Source of the DNA: Stegostoma tigrinum
Taxonomy: Eukaryota
Assembly: GCF_030684315.1 (NCBI RefSeq)
Contig: NC_081363.1
Span: 69,052,517 to 69,116,516, forward strand
Direction: 5' to 3'
DNA length: 64,000 nucleotides
Both the position numbers and the translations under genes were made by a program. Below the pieces are notes generated by a model. The model ran no database searches and was not told where the DNA came from. It saw only the letters and a program-made list of their open reading frames with translations. Shown piece by piece: positions 35,701 through 48,174 of this stretch (within the stretch, counting starts at the first letter, position 1; every line of letters begins with the position of its first letter).

Positions 35701-38700
35701 ATCTTGTATGCAGGTGTTGTTGTTTATTATGATTAAAAAAATATTTGGGCAGTTATTCAAACAATAACGTGAGGCTGCCAGGTTTCTTCAGCAAAGAACA
35801 GAAGTTTACTACACAAGATGTAAAACAACAAAAAAAATTATCTAAATGCACACCGTTAGAAAATCAACTTAAATCATTCAGCAGAACAAAATTTCAACTT
35901 AGAAGATACAACCAATGCATTTAGATTCTTTTCTCCATCTTGTTGTTGAGCTGGCGTAGGCAGCTGTCTCTGGTATGGAAACCAGCTACTGTAGAGGTAG
36001 CAGCAAAATCACCTCAACCCAGCTAGCAAAATATGCCCTTGCAGTAATATATCTCACACTTCAATACAGGACCACACTAAATCAATAGTACCTAAAAAAA
36101 TATGCTTTGTTTTTAGAATCACAGAATCTCCACAGTAGAGAGAGGCCATTCAGCTCATCCAGTTCTGCACCGATCCTCCAAAGAGCATCCCCTACCCTAC
36201 CCAGTAACCCCGCATTTCCCACAGCTACTCCACCCTATCACAATCTACACATCCGTGGACACGGGGGCAGTTGACCAATCTGCCTAACCCACACGTCGTT
36301 GGACTGTGGGAGGAAACCGGAGCACTCGGAGGAAACCCACGCAGACGCAGGGAGAATGTCTGTGTGGAGTTTGCACAGTCTCCCAAAGCTGGAATTGAAC
36401 CTGGGTCCCTGGTTCTGTGAGGTAGTAGTGATAACCACTGAGCTACTGTGCCTCCCATTCTGGTAATTAGCAACCATAACTAAAGCAGGATATCCTGTCC
36501 CTTTGGTTCTTCACAGGTGCACGTGTAATCATAGCCTGCAGAGATCTGACCAAGGCAGAAGCTGCAGCCGATGAGATTCAGAGAGACACGGGGAATAAAC
36601 AAGTCATTGTTCGGGAATTAGATCTTGCCAACACTGAGTCTGTACATCAGTTTGCTGAAAATGTCATTAAAGGTAATTCAACAAAGCAAATGATATCATA
36701 TAGAGTATAGATGGGGATACAATATAGAAGTATTTTGTGATGTGATGTATGGCATGAGCTCTCGTTCAGGATTCTCTTAAGGTTCAGTTGGCACGTGGAA
36801 TGCAATGTGGGAATGTGTGAGAGGTTATGATTACGAGGTTGTGATTAGAACAGAAATGTAGACTATTTTCTGAATGGGGAAAGGCTTTGGAAATCTGAAG
36901 CTAAAAGGGACTTGTTAGCCTGAGTTCAGGATTCTCTTCGGGTTAACATGCAAGTTCAACTGGCAGTTAGATAGGCAAATACAATATTATTCATTTCAAG
37001 AGGGCTAGGATGCCGGTCTCTGTGGTTAGCAAGGGTCGGTGTGGACTTGATGGGCCAAGTGGCCTACTTCCACACTGTCAGGATTCTATGCTTGGGCTGT
37101 AGGTCATTATAGACTTCTGTTCCCGAAAACTATCCAGCACCCCGTCATGGCTTTGTCATTTCTTGGCCTGTTGAGACGAACAAGTAGAAATTGACAGCCA
37201 CGTTTTTCTCATCACCTCCTGATTGACTTCAGGCAAACCAGATATCTCTTTTCTCTCATCTATCAACTCCTGTGACATTCTGCCCTTTGCAGTGCAGGAG
37301 TCTCTTGGCCTGCTCTGAAAGAGAGTCAGGGAGTGGTGAAACAAACAAGCGATTAAAAACAGAAAATGCCAAAAATACTGAGCGTCTATAGAGGAACAGA
37401 ATTAAACTTTCAGGTCGGTGACCTGCTGACCATTTCCAGCGTTTTCTGTTTGTATGTCAGATTTCCAGCGTCTGCAGCTCTTTGCTTTTGTATTAATAAA
37501 CTGGTAAACCCGACTGCAATGATATGTTCCCATAACTTGGCACCGCATCGTAAAGAACAGATCCAACCGACACATTTTCCATATTGTGACTTATTTTCTC
37601 ATTCCCAGTTCTGTTTTCTGACAGAGGAGAAGCTCATCAGTATTTTGATCAACAACGCTGGGGTGATGATGTGCCCCTACACAAAGACGACTGATGGGTT
37701 TGAGATGCAATTTGGTGTAAATCATCTGGGTAAGTTATAAATGCAGACTGCATTTCTTTAAACGAAAATCTGTGACTCGGAGTGCAAAAAAAAAGTTGTT
37801 GCATTGATCAGATGATTTCTGCATTTCCTATGAATTTTCAGTTTGCAACAGAGTAAGGTCATTTACGATTCTAATCACAACAGAATTTTCCAGAGAACTG
37901 AACAATCTAAGAAAGATCTCAGAGGTAGAATGTTTTGCATTCGTTTGCCTTTAGGTCATTTCTTGCTGACCTACCTGCTTCTCGACCTCATGAAAAGGTC
38001 AGCCCCAGCTCGCATCATTAACGTATCGTCCTTCGCTCACGTTTTCGGTCGAATCAACTTTAAAGACCTTCAGAGTGAAGAGAGTTATGATGAGGGCTTG
38101 GCTTACTGCCAAAGTAAACTGGCAAATGTACTGTTCACTCGGGAATTGGCCAAGCGCCTCAAAGGTAAGATGCATATTGTATCTCCAGATGTTGGTTGAA
38201 ATATTGCATAAAGATCACTTTGTTCAAAGCCAATCAATTACGGTTCAAAGCATAATTAATAAATGCTGGCTTTTTCAGGCTCATCAGATAACCATACCCA
38301 ACAGAAGCTGAAAGTAACCAAGGATCCAGAGTGAAGTATGGCTCCATGCACATCCTCAGACAATAGTCTCGGACTGTGCAGTGAGCAGGGATGTTTCCAT
38401 TGGTTCGAGTTGTCCTGTGCAAGCAGGGGAAGGCAAATGGCTAGAAATTCAGTTCCTGATCAGAATAACTTTGGTGCCAACAAGTAATATATGTATGTGG
38501 GTAAGATCAGGGTTGCCAGCGATCGGCGCATGGTCAAAATTCTTTCTTCAAGACATATTTATTTGTAGAAGGCCTATTTTAAATACAGTTAAGTCGAATG
38601 AAAATTAAGAATATCCAGCCCCGTTTTGCACTTTACAGTTGACGGAGACCCATTTTTGCCTTCACTCAATCCATGTTTGCTATTGCAAAGGCTACTGCAA

Positions 38701-41700
38701 GAACCAAATTAAGACCAAAGTTTCAAAGAAACTCCTCAATTCTACCAAATGATCTGAACGTAACATGTTAGAGTTCAGCCCTTGTGTTCTCGCCTCACTG
38801 AGCCCTGGAAATGTCCTGGATGACCTCAACCAGTGAAACACCAGGATCCAGCCTGTATCATGTCATTAGCCCCTTAGGTTTTTGTCCACAGGTTCCAAAC
38901 AAAAAAGGCAGGACTGTAAATACATCCCCTAAAGGTCTTGATGGCTTATTTTGCATCACTGGAAAGTATTTAATTACTAACAGTTCTTTTCTCGTGGTCC
39001 GTTTACTCACTGCATTTTGAGAGTACATTTTAGTGTAGAAGAAGAAATGTTGTGGAAGCTGCCTGTCTGTCTCTGCTGGTGAAGACAGACCATCTGGAGA
39101 GGACCGCACTGCAGCTGGTATCTGAGTGATTGTGTCCAAGTGCTAGTCCATCAGGCATCATGTTAGCGATTGTAGATTCACTGATGCTGGGTAATCAGAG
39201 ACCTGCACTTAAGTAAAATGGTTTGAAGGGCTTCCAGTGATTCAATTGGTTAAGGCAGTGATTAGCCGAGTACACAAGTTACAGGTTTGATTTATGTTGA
39301 CAGCAGGATCCCATGAGTCTTCATGCGGTACTGCAAAAACTGCTGACACTTCACTTTTGTGTCTTTGCTTGACGCAGGCACTAAAGTCACTGTGAATTCT
39401 GTGCATCCGGGCTGTGTCAAATCCGAACTAAACAGGCACTCCTTCGTCATGTCCTTGGCATGGAAGATTCTGACGTTTCTTATCAAAACGCCAAAACAGG
39501 GGGCACAGACGAGTATATACTGTGCTGTGGCTGAGGAGTTGCAAGATATTTCTGGAACACACTTTAGGTTTGTACATAATTCCATTTGTAAATTGAATGA
39601 TGAAACTTGGATGAAATTGCAAACAGCCAATTCCATCAAGCCTGATTCTTATTTTATTTTTTTTTAAAAAGTGTGATGCCAACCTTGCAAAAACTCTAAA
39701 GGAGGAAATGGGTTTGGAGTTTTGAAATGAGCTTAAGTTAACATTGTTTCATGGGATATGGGAAACAATGTAAACAGTGGAGAAGCAGGATTTGTTAGTT
39801 TTCCCCCCCAACTGCCCTTTAACTGAAGGGGCCTGCCAAACATTTCAAAGCACAGTTTTTAAAAAAAAAAGTCCACCTCATTGCTGTGAGTCTAGAATCT
39901 CATGGAAGTTGGACCTAATAAGAAGAATGGCAGATTTCTATTTGTCTACAAAGACAATAGTGAGCCAGAGGGTTTTTTAAAAATTAAAACAACAATCGAC
40001 CATAGTTTCATGGTTACCATCACAGACTAGCTTTCAATTCTAGTTTCTTAAAAAAAATTAATTGAATTTAAATTCCTCCAGCTGGCATGGTCGGGGGTGG
40101 GGGAGAGACTTGATCCTGTGTCCCCTAGCGCATAAGCTTAGGCCTGTTGTTTGCTAATCTGGTGACATTACTGTACCACCGTTTCCCCTTCGTGTTGCTC
40201 AGCTCTAAGTATTAAAATCAAACGTGGTGCCCTTAGACACAAAGTGGAGATTTCTTACATTTTTAGGTAATGAGCGTGAGACATGAACACTAGTTCGATG
40301 TTTCCACTTTCGGCACAGATCATCCTCATTGAACATGCAGCATGAAACACAATTTTAACATTTTTTGTTTGTTTATTCTTTGGGGCCTGTTTATATTCCC
40401 ACTTCTGTATCAGCATTTGCATGCAGTGTCAATATCTGTCAGTAATGTACATGTGCATCCATTACTGCATCTGAGGGGGAGGCGATCACTTAGTGGTATT
40501 TTTGCTGCACTGTTGTTAATCTACAGACCCAGGTAATGTTCTGGGAACCTGGGTTTGAATCACGCCATGACAGATGAATTTGAATTTATTTTAAAATAAT
40601 CTGCAATTAAGAGTCTCATGACAACCACCTACCCATTGCAGATTGTCAGAAAAATTCATCTGGTTCACTAATGACCTGTAGGGAAGGAAACTGCCATCCT
40701 TACCTGATCTGGCCTACATGGACTCCTGACACACAGCAATGTGGCTGACTCTTAACTGACTGGATAATAAATGCTGGCCTAGCTAGTGACATTCTCATCC
40801 AGTGAAGGAATTAAAAAAGAAATGACACATGCTTCCTTCAGTTGTGACTGTGCAGAAGGATTGTGTTTTTTTTGTGACTGTGGCCTTGCTTCGCTGCTGG
40901 ATCTGCTTCTGAGTTCTTGCTTCTCTTCAAGGATGAGAGTTCCTGGACTCTATCTAGTGACAGATGCCAGTCAGTGCAAGTAGGTCTTGGCATCCAACTG
41001 CATTTGACCGACATCCGTCACTTAATGGGGCATGGTCAATATAACAGTACCTTATGGTAAGAGAGTGGTGTTATGGTGTTTGAGCTGATGGCAGCACCAG
41101 ACAAGTCATGTCTTAGAAGGAAATCGGCTGGATATGTTTAATTTTTGCAGTGGTTTGTCACTGAATCATGATCATACAAGGTTGTTGATATTCTTTTAAC
41201 AACAGAATAAGCTCACTACACAAAACAGGAAAGATGAAAAAAAGCTATGAAACAGAAAGGTCTTATCACGAATAGCAAAACAAAGTTTCAGCATGTTTCC
41301 CAACACTGTCTGCAGCTACACAATTCTACAGAAATATCATTCTTTTCTCAACTCTAATTTTATCTCCTCAGTTGTATTAATTTGAAGACTTCCACGACTC
41401 CCAGCTCAGAAGCTCCACAAATAATGCTTTGGTTAAGGTGGAACTAAAACTTCATTTTGCTCCTTGGAGAAAGCGGTTTTCTCTTTGGAACTGAAATAAA
41501 AATCTAAAGAGTATCTACAGCCTTGTTTGGTCATGAATCAGCGACCACCCATTGTGGCTAACAACTGCAAAAACTAAACATGACCCAGAATGAAATCTGG
41601 CTGGATATGACTTGTCCAGTGCTACCATCAGCTGGCAACATCATAATACCATTTACATTTACTGTAAGGTACTATTATATTGACTATGCTCCTTTAAGTG

Positions 41701-42268
41701 ACTTCTGGTCTATTTGGAAGCTCAGCAATATTCATCGCATACATTAACACCACAGATCCTGCCAGGCACTTCACTGAAGTCACATACTTTCTTGGAAAAT
41801 GATGCACCGTTCCAATGACTGAAAGTGTTCACAGAACTGAAAGAAATCTGCCTGCTTCTATTTTATAATTCAAATCCCACATTTTATATTATCCGATTAC
41901 ATAATCCTTTTTATTGCAGTCTTTTTAGATATTGTATTTGCTTTAACTTCACACGAAGCAAGTTATTTCAGGTAAGAATGCAGTGTTGCATATGTACAGA
42001 ATTTAAACTTTTACAAGTAAGGAAGGTCCCACAAAATCTAACTCTGGCTTTAACTTTGGTTTGCAATAGGAAACCATTTTTCACCTGAAGTTGATTTTTC
42101 AGCAACAGAACCACAATTTTGATTCAAGGCTACTGTATATTGTATACATTTGGATTTCTCCACAGTGACTGCAGACCTGCATTTGTGGCACCTCAAGGCA
42201 GGAATGAAGAAACAGCAAGGAAGTTATGGGATGTCAGCTGCAAACTTCTGGAGATTCAGTGGGATTGA
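23727..42268 (+). CDS. RDH12: Retinol dehydrogenase 12-like / RDH11-12 pro-ortholog (SDR, 318 aa, 7 coding exons)
   Basis: Exons 23727-23800, 33522-33640, 36517-36672, 37625-37729, 37955-38164, 39378-39567, 42166-42268; GT-AG, total 957 nt. N-terminal hydrophobic anchor, TGANTGIG Rossmann motif, ACRD, LINNAG, catalytic YCQSK, VHPG, C-terminus [17 protein letters not shown]. Strand relative to VTI1B and ZFYVE26 matches mammalian RDH12; the RDH11 versus RDH12 call is not certain. Confidence 0.93.
24355..24765 (-). mobile_element. Short, young Neptune-type PLE insertion (3' repeat only) with 6-bp TSD
   Basis: Nearly identical to 24876-25275. Flanked by TGGGAT at 24349-24354 and 24766-24771; the second copy overlaps element homology. 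Confidence 0.85.
24414..24445 (-). ncRNA. Minimal type-I hammerhead ribozyme motif
   Basis: Reverse complement reads CTCTGATGAAGGGTCTAGGCCCGAAACGTCAG; core intact. Confidence 0.8.
24935..24966 (-). ncRNA. Minimal type-I hammerhead ribozyme motif
   Basis: Reverse complement reads CTCTGATGAAGGGTCTAGGCCCGAAACGTCAG; core intact. Confidence 0.8.
25177..27588 (-). CDS. PLE polyprotein (reverse transcriptase + GIY-YIG endonuclease): open 803-codon frame lacking its native start
   Basis: The tracked 630-aa ORF continues in frame upstream ([24 protein letters not shown]). RT motifs [41 protein letters not shown]; linker CNRRKCYTC; nuclease [25 protein letters not shown]. Confidence 0.85.
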   Translation of the reverse strand, partial: GTPPTADGTPPTADDLIAPPTTSTACNPRGDSHTEPCRIFTIPPDLPLTEDERSVLSKGLTFVPLQPHINEYQSRSDIEQFFRRLRLLAYFFNREPNPPSTDPFTRFQHKSSSWTPPPGLLPSLDLFISNCRRDINRLNLSAPLTHSNLSPAERAALRSHPNLTIKPADKGGAVVVWRTDLYIAEARRQLSDTTSYRLLDHDPTPEHQTIISNTIHDLITSGDLPPTASNLIVPQPRTARFYLLPKIHKPACPGRPIVSACSCPTELISTYLDSIFSPLVQELPTYVRDTTHALHLLQDFQFPGPQHLIFTMDVQSLYTCIPHADGLKALRFFLSRRPDQAPSTDTLIRLTELVLTLNNFSFDSSHFLQTKGVAMGTRMGPSYACLFVGYVEQSLFRTYTGPKPHLFLRYIDDCIGAASCSPEELEQFIHFTNTFHPNLQFTWAISSTSLTFLDLSVSISGNQLVTDVHFKPTDSHSYLEYTSSHPPSCKNSIPYSQFLRLRPHDKTFHSRTSQMSKFFKDRNFPPTVIENALDRVSRISRDTSLTARPRHNRPKRNPLVLTHHPTNLRIQRIILRHFRHLQSDPTTQDIFPSPPLSAFRRDHSLRDSLVRSTLPSNPTTPGTFPCNRRKCYTCPHTSSLTPIPGPKMTFHIKQRFTCTSANVVYCIHCTRCGFLYIGETKRRLGDRFAEHLRSVRNKQLHLPVANHFHSPSHSLDDMSIMGLLHCHNDATRRLQEQQLIFRLGTLQPYGINVDFTSFKISPSPTASLNQPSSSPPPTAPHNQPSSSPPPTASQNQSSLSLPP
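28335..28870 (-). mobile_element. CR1 LINE 3' fragment
   Basis: [38 protein letters not shown] and [28 protein letters not shown]. Confidence 0.85.
29190..29400 (-). pseudogene. Possible decayed Myb/SANT-like DNA-binding domain (Harbinger-type transposon remnant)
   Basis: With one stop and one frameshift the minus strand reads [34 protein letters not shown], resembling the W..IA..VS....R...QC.KK.ND Myb/SANT pattern. Confidence 0.4.
29690..29990 (-). mobile_element. Deu-domain SINE, decayed
   Basis: Reverse of the shared tail (cccatctctaattgcccctgag) and Deu core (gcagttaagagttaatcacattgctgtgcatctggag). Confidence 0.6.
31670..31940. mobile_element. Fold-back PLE-derived mini element with two tandem hammerhead motifs
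   Basis: 47-bp inverted arms 31691-31737 / 31802-31848 with 1 mismatch. Minus-strand hammerhead cores at 31747-31781 and 31871-31905 (AGTC-CTGAAGA...GAAACGTT-GACT), 124 bp apart. Confidence 0.75.
34195..34760 (-). mobile_element. CR1 LINE 3' fragment
   Basis: [18 protein letters not shown] and [30 protein letters not shown]; tail (catagaa)n-like. Confidence 0.75.
36114..36456 (-). mobile_element. HE1-like tRNA-derived SINE
   Basis: Reverse reads gggaggcacagtagctcagtggttatcact..ggttcaattccagc..tctccctgcgtctgcgtgggtttcctccgagtgctccggtttcctcccacagtcc; same family as 1215-1533. Confidence 0.8.
36750..37092 (+). mobile_element. CR1 LINE remnant
   Basis: gtggaatgcaatgtgggaatgtgtgag..tcatttcaagagggctag, and tail gggccaagtggcctacttccacactgtcaggattctatg. 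Confidence 0.6.
39830..40185 (-). mobile_element. Deu-domain SINE, decayed
   Basis: Reverse of the Deu core (cctcattgctgtgagtctagaatctcat) and head (ttgaatttaaattcctccagctggcatgg). Confidence 0.55.
40477..40820 (+). mobile_element. tRNA-headed Deu-domain SINE
   Basis: gggaggcgatcacttagtgg..gggtttgaatcacgccatg..ttcactaatgacctgtagggaaggaaactgccatccttacc..ataaatgctggcctagc. Confidence 0.75.
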
Positions 42269-42311
42269 ACTAATTGCAAAATGAAATTCTAAGTAAACAC
42301 AGTATAGGCAG

Positions 42312-42462
42312 CAGCAGGTGCTGGAGTCAGAGATAACACAGGGCAGAGCTGAAGGAAAACAGCAGGCCAGGCAGCAGAGGAGCAGGAAAGATAACGTTTT
42401 GGGTCAGTCCCCTTCAGGAAATGTCAACTCTCCTGCTCCCCTGCTCCACACTGCGTTACCTG
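42312..42462. mobile_element. PLE terminal-repeat-derived fold-back mini element just after the RDH stop codon
   Basis: gcaggtgctggagtcagagataacacagggcagagctgaagg..aacgttttgggtcagtccccttcag, then the inverted ctcctgctcc..ctccacactgcgttacct. Confidence 0.55.
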
Positions 42463-45400
42463 TAAGCAGCAGCTGACTGCTTTTTTTTTGAAAAAACTAC
42501 TTTTGACAGTTCCTATTAAAAATTTCAGTAAATACGACTGTGACCAGCAAATTGTTGCTTCTGAAGTTGGTCACTGCACAAATCTAAATACCATCCTATA
42601 TTGCAAATCTCACCTACTATTTCGGCTATTAAGGAAGAACCTAAGGTTTTGGTCTGGTTCCCAAATCACCTGTGTCAACAATGAACTGTCAAAGCTAACA
42701 CAACGATAACTGCTTCAATGCAACATTACTGTAAACTGTTGTTGCATAGTCCTGAGCATGCATTAATGACCAGCATTATTTTATGCTTTAGAAATATGAA
42801 TTGGGTTCTTTTATAGTAAACCAGCAGTAAACATACAGGTTTCAAAGTGAGAATAATTCTGTGCAACAACCACATGCTGCAGAGGACAAGAAACAGAAAG
42901 CTCTTCAAAGGCACTGCCTCCTTTCAAGCAACAGCTGTTACCTTTGGTATCCTGGTCACTATCTTCAGTCAACAACAGTCTTGCTATTACACTACTGTAT
43001 ATGAGAGCATGTGCATAAATTGGTTGTCATGTTTCCTAGAAGATGACTATGTTAGCATTTTGGAATTTGATGTGACAAAACATGGTATATGAATTTAAAA
43101 GTCTTTTTTAAAATTTACCTCTCATGACATTTTGGTAATATACATACAAAACAGGAGCTCCTCATGCTGGCTCCATGGCTGACCTGTTTGTTTTGAATTC
43201 CACATTTCCACCTGCTCATGACAACCTTTGATACTCCTGCCTGACAATAATCTGTCTCTTAGACAGTGACATCGTTAAATATATTTTTAAGGCTGAAGGA
43301 GACAAAGTTCCAAATTCCCACAAGCCTTAGAAAAAGTATTTTGTCTCTGTCCTAAAAATTTGTAATTTTAAAACTATCAAGTCTTTTGGACCAGCAATCA
43401 AAAGGAAACATTCTGTCCACATAAACCTTGTAACGAACATTCGGAAACTTACATACTCCAATCTAGTCACCCTCTCGATCTTCTAAACTGCATTGAGAAC
43501 AAGCTCAACCTGCCCTCATAAGGTAATCCACACATTCCAGGTATCGATAAAAATTAATCCTCATTAGAACCACCTCCAACACATGTAATGTGGCTCACCG
43601 TGAAATTTTGCTTTGTATTACTTGTGAAGCTGCAAAACTTTAAGAACTTAAGAGGCATATTGCACTTGATGTTGATAATTAGAGTAAGCACTTTTGTACA
43701 TAGCACTGTTCTGGAAGGCCATTAAACTCCAAGTACAGCACAATTAAATGTGTATCAGTCTGTCACTGTATATTTCCAAAAAGATCAATATACATTCCAT
43801 TATGTTTTATTAGTGAAATGATTGGAAATTCCAAAAATAGTCACTTAGACAATTGCAATATTAGTAGTCAAAGTTTAATGGTTTGGCAAAAGTTGTTAAA
43901 ATATACAAGCTGTATACTGTTTTAACTCCAGGGGTTAAGCATTCACAATAATTAAAGGGTTATCTGAAGCTTGTCTTAAAATGAAAAGATCAGTTTACAG
44001 TAGTCCAGTTACAGAAACATTGCCATCAGTTTGGTATTTAGGATGAATCACCCAGTAAAGCTGAGTTGAATAGCTGTAGCATTTAAAGTGCTTTTTACAG
44101 TGCAATTTTGCAACTATAGAAGCTAATGCTTTCGTAAAACAAATAGAACATGTGGATCTTGCAAAATGACATCAAATAAACCAACAACCTTTGTTGCATA
44201 GTCTTTCATAGTGGAACTCTCACATTGCAATCATAATTCTTCATATCTGCTACTCCACTTTAAAAGTCAAATAAAGTCAGCTAAAGCTCTGAAATATTCA
44301 TCTTTTTTAAATCAGTGTAATGTCAACCACAACTTTAACGTAGAAATGAATTAAATTTGGATTGCTCGGGCAAGAGCTATGAAGGAACTTGGATCTTTCA
44401 GCATTTATGTTTAGTTTTAAAAAAACTTAAGAAAGACACTAGTGATTAGACATTATTATCCAGAATTCAATAATAGATCCTTGTATGGACAAAGAATAGG
44501 CAATTCGATTATAGTAACGGTTATAGAGGGATACATTAGTGAAACATTCAATATCCTATTCCCTATACAGCCCATTGAACCTCTCCTTATTAAATACCTG
44601 CTCATTTTGATGCACACACAGCTGAAGAAATGAAGGCTGCTTGCAGCAAAAGTGTTCAATATATTCATTCTCAAACAGTTTAAAAGGAGAGGGTCTCATT
44701 TTCTCAGGGGGGAGAGAAGTGTCAACCTGTCAGTGCCATAGAATTTGCTGCTGGTGGGAAGCCAGCAGAGAGCAAGTGCAAAAAAAAATCACTCAGTAAT
44801 GAAAACCCAACCAGTACTTTTCACACTTTGTTTTCTCTTCATAAGTAAACAGACTGAATTAGATACCCTACAAATACAGACCTCCAATGCATTGAAAGCT
44901 AAACCCTTCATAAAACAAGGGAGCACTGTCTTCAATTTTATGCTTTCATCAGTAAATTAATTTAAAAGCAATGCCAGCCCAAATGCTTTTGTAATTCTGT
45001 AGAAGCCTTCTGTGACTGAAACTGGACACAGTGGCCATAACTTTTAATAACTTAGACATTACAATTTTAAAATTGGATACTGTTTCTTTGATGTAAGTAA
45101 TATAACAGTTTAAAAACAAAACTTCTAAAACTATCAATTTCAATGCGTACTTAATGTCAGACTTGCCAAAATCCCATAGATTTAAATGATTGAATTAGTT
45201 TTCAAAGAGTTAATTACTAAGGTTTGAGCTAATGAGGAAGCTTACTGTGTCCAGCATCCCAGCGTAGTCCTCCCTACAAACAGACACAAACAATTACTGG
45301 CTACACAGGCAATCAGAATGCTGAGCTACAGCATTTAGTATTTACTTCCAACTTCAAAACCTGCTGCATTTCTTGGGGGTTTCTCATTTGATCGCTTTGC

Positions 45401-48174
45401 TCAATGTTCTGTTCTATTTGCAGGCTTGTAGTAAAGCTACGCTTATTATGACAGGTATGCATTTCCTGATAGACTGCATTGTAGGAATGCCATCATTCCA
45501 TTGAATAAAGATCCACATATTACAACAATTTGGAAAAACCATGTGCAGCATTACATGTCTTCTCAAAAGAATGGCTTTAAAGCAATTATAGTAACAATTT
45601 CCCAAGAGAAAAAGCACTTGTAATACCATTTAACCTCTTTGTACTACACAGCATTTCACTGTGCCACTTCTTTCACATCCTCGATATATTTCAGCCTGTT
45701 AATATTTTGGATGTTTATTGTAAACGCAGCCCTGTACCAATCCAAACACAATAAACTTTGCCTTTATCTAGACAGAATCCTAAATACAATATATGATAAA
45801 AATATTAAGCATATTTACAGTCCTGGCTCATAATTACGTGAATTGCAATATTTACAAACAATATCATACACTATTAATGAATGAAAATAGACAAGTAACT
45901 GCATAATGCAACACTGTCATGCCACCAATACAAGTTTCTTACAATGTTTATAAGACTGATGTGATGCTGATTAAACAAGCAATACTGAATATTGTTTCTC
46001 AGAAATTAAAACTCCCAAATATAAAAGTCTAAATTGTACGCATTATAAAAATAAGGCATCTCTCAAAGTGAAAGAAAATATTAGATGGAAAGTGTGTTGA
46101 TGTTACATAGTCATTGCATCAATAAAGAAAAGAGACTTTTATTCTGACTAGTTAAGGTATTAGTTCTTATACATGTATTCTATTAATTCAAGTTGGCTGC
46201 AACATGATGTTACATTATTTCAGCAAGCAAACTATCATTTTCAATCAGGAATTAATTTAGAATATCAAAAGTCGTCAGGTATTCAGAGTTTAGCATAACA
46301 CTATCAAAACTTGAGTGAAAATTTTATAAAAATGTCCCCACTGACATGTAAAGTCAGCATATCTTGTGTTGTAAGTACAGCATCAAACCGTCACTATTGA
46401 ATCTGAACAATTAGAAGAGACTAAGGTGACATTTTTCAAGCATACTGAAAGTATCTAACACTCAACTCTGGACAGGGATAAACAAAACACATGTTTATCT
46501 CACAAGTCCCTGGAACCTGCCTGTACTATCGCAGTGATCAGAAATGGGTTGGTGATTGCAGTGTGCAGCCCGACTGTTTGCATTTACATAATGTCACTTC
46601 ATGATGAATATCACACAAATTGCTGCAGTGCCATTATTTATCCAAGTGCAACAGATCAGGAAGTTAGAAACAGTAAAACTGTGTTTAGTACTTAAAATAT
46701 ATACCTTTTGATTTGATGCATGGTATGTATTTGTACTTGAATCTAAACACAAGTAATTTAGTTACTTACTTAAAATAGAAAGTTTTCCTTGTCTTTCAAA
46801 CTGGATCTCAAAAGTGGCAAACCATTTTCAAATTAACAGCTCCATAACCAAAAACTTGCAAAAATAAGTCCAGTTTGACCATGAAAACAAGTTAACCTCT
46901 AAATCCATTTGACAATGTGTAGCAAAGTGGTACTTTTTGTGTGAACTGTACTAACTCAGGTTTGTGCTGACTTAGTCATACATAACTAGGACGGCAGAGC
47001 TTAAATAGTTCTATAGCTTCTACAAGACCACTGGGCTGAACATGGTCAGGAAGAGGTGAGGGTTTCTGTTACTTAGTGACTCCACATCACTTGCTGCATG
47101 GGAGAGTATATGAGGACAGTGTCAGGCTATGCTGAGACCATAGTGGAACAGACATTCAGCAGGTCAGGTCATATATGGGGCATCAGCGTGAGATACTAGT
47201 GGTTCACAGGCACTGTGAAACAGCACACATTGAAGATTTGTTACCTTAAGAAATAAGTGAGGGAGGAAAATAGTGTTACAAGGAGGGGGAAACCTTGCTT
47301 TTATTTGGTCACCTCTAGATAAGTCAAGTCACTAAAGGTGCAAATGGAATTCTCAAGCTGCCGACTGACAACAGCAGACATCATGAAACGTCATCAGGGA
47401 AACGTCTGGCTGATTGTGATGCTGATGCTGACATTTATAAATTTTTGCTCGATAACTTGGAGGGGATGGTGGTCACGCTCCAAAAAGTGACTTCATCATT
47501 GCATTTTCTGCAATGTGGCACGTATTGTTCCACTTCAAAGCTCAGGTTTCAATGGAAACTGCTCTGGAAAAGTGTTAAATCACATTGGTACTTGTACAGC
47601 AGCATCAGGTTTTCTGTAAAAATGATCTGGTTAAATTAGCGTAACTAGGCAAGTCAAACCAAATGGAGTTGAGACTATGCAACACTGACCACAACCACAA
47701 GACATGAAATTGGAATTGTCTTGACCGCTCCCCCTCCCCTGCCCAAATAGCAACCCATGTAGGCTTCATGTGAATGAGATCAACTCTCTCACAGTGTTAC
47801 TAACCTCCACTCTTTAAAAAAAACTCTGCCAAGAAACCAGTTATTACAGCACCATTCTCTAATCAGCCAAATAGTCAACTCCCGTCTAACGAGCTTTATG
47901 GCTTACACAGCCAGTTATCTTGAAATAAATCCAAAATCAGAATGCTGCAGATGGGGAGGAGTACAAAAGAGCTTACCAATTCATTTTTCTACTTGAAGTT
48001 TAAAATGTAAAGATTTCTTCAGGTTACATAACAAAATGATACTACAATATCCATAATTGTACAAAGAATCTTTGAGACTTCATTCTTGTCTTTTTTTTGT
48101 TAAGCCTAATATTTCATGGCAAATGTTTTTGAGGTAGCAATTACAATTCTTTTTGTCCTCGTGATTCTTCCAGA

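Noticed and set aside
47360-47435. Hammerhead or C/D snoRNA candidate (CTGATGA on minus, GAAACGTC twice on plus)
   Set aside because: The core halves lie on opposite strands, there are no supporting stems, and it is not intronic.
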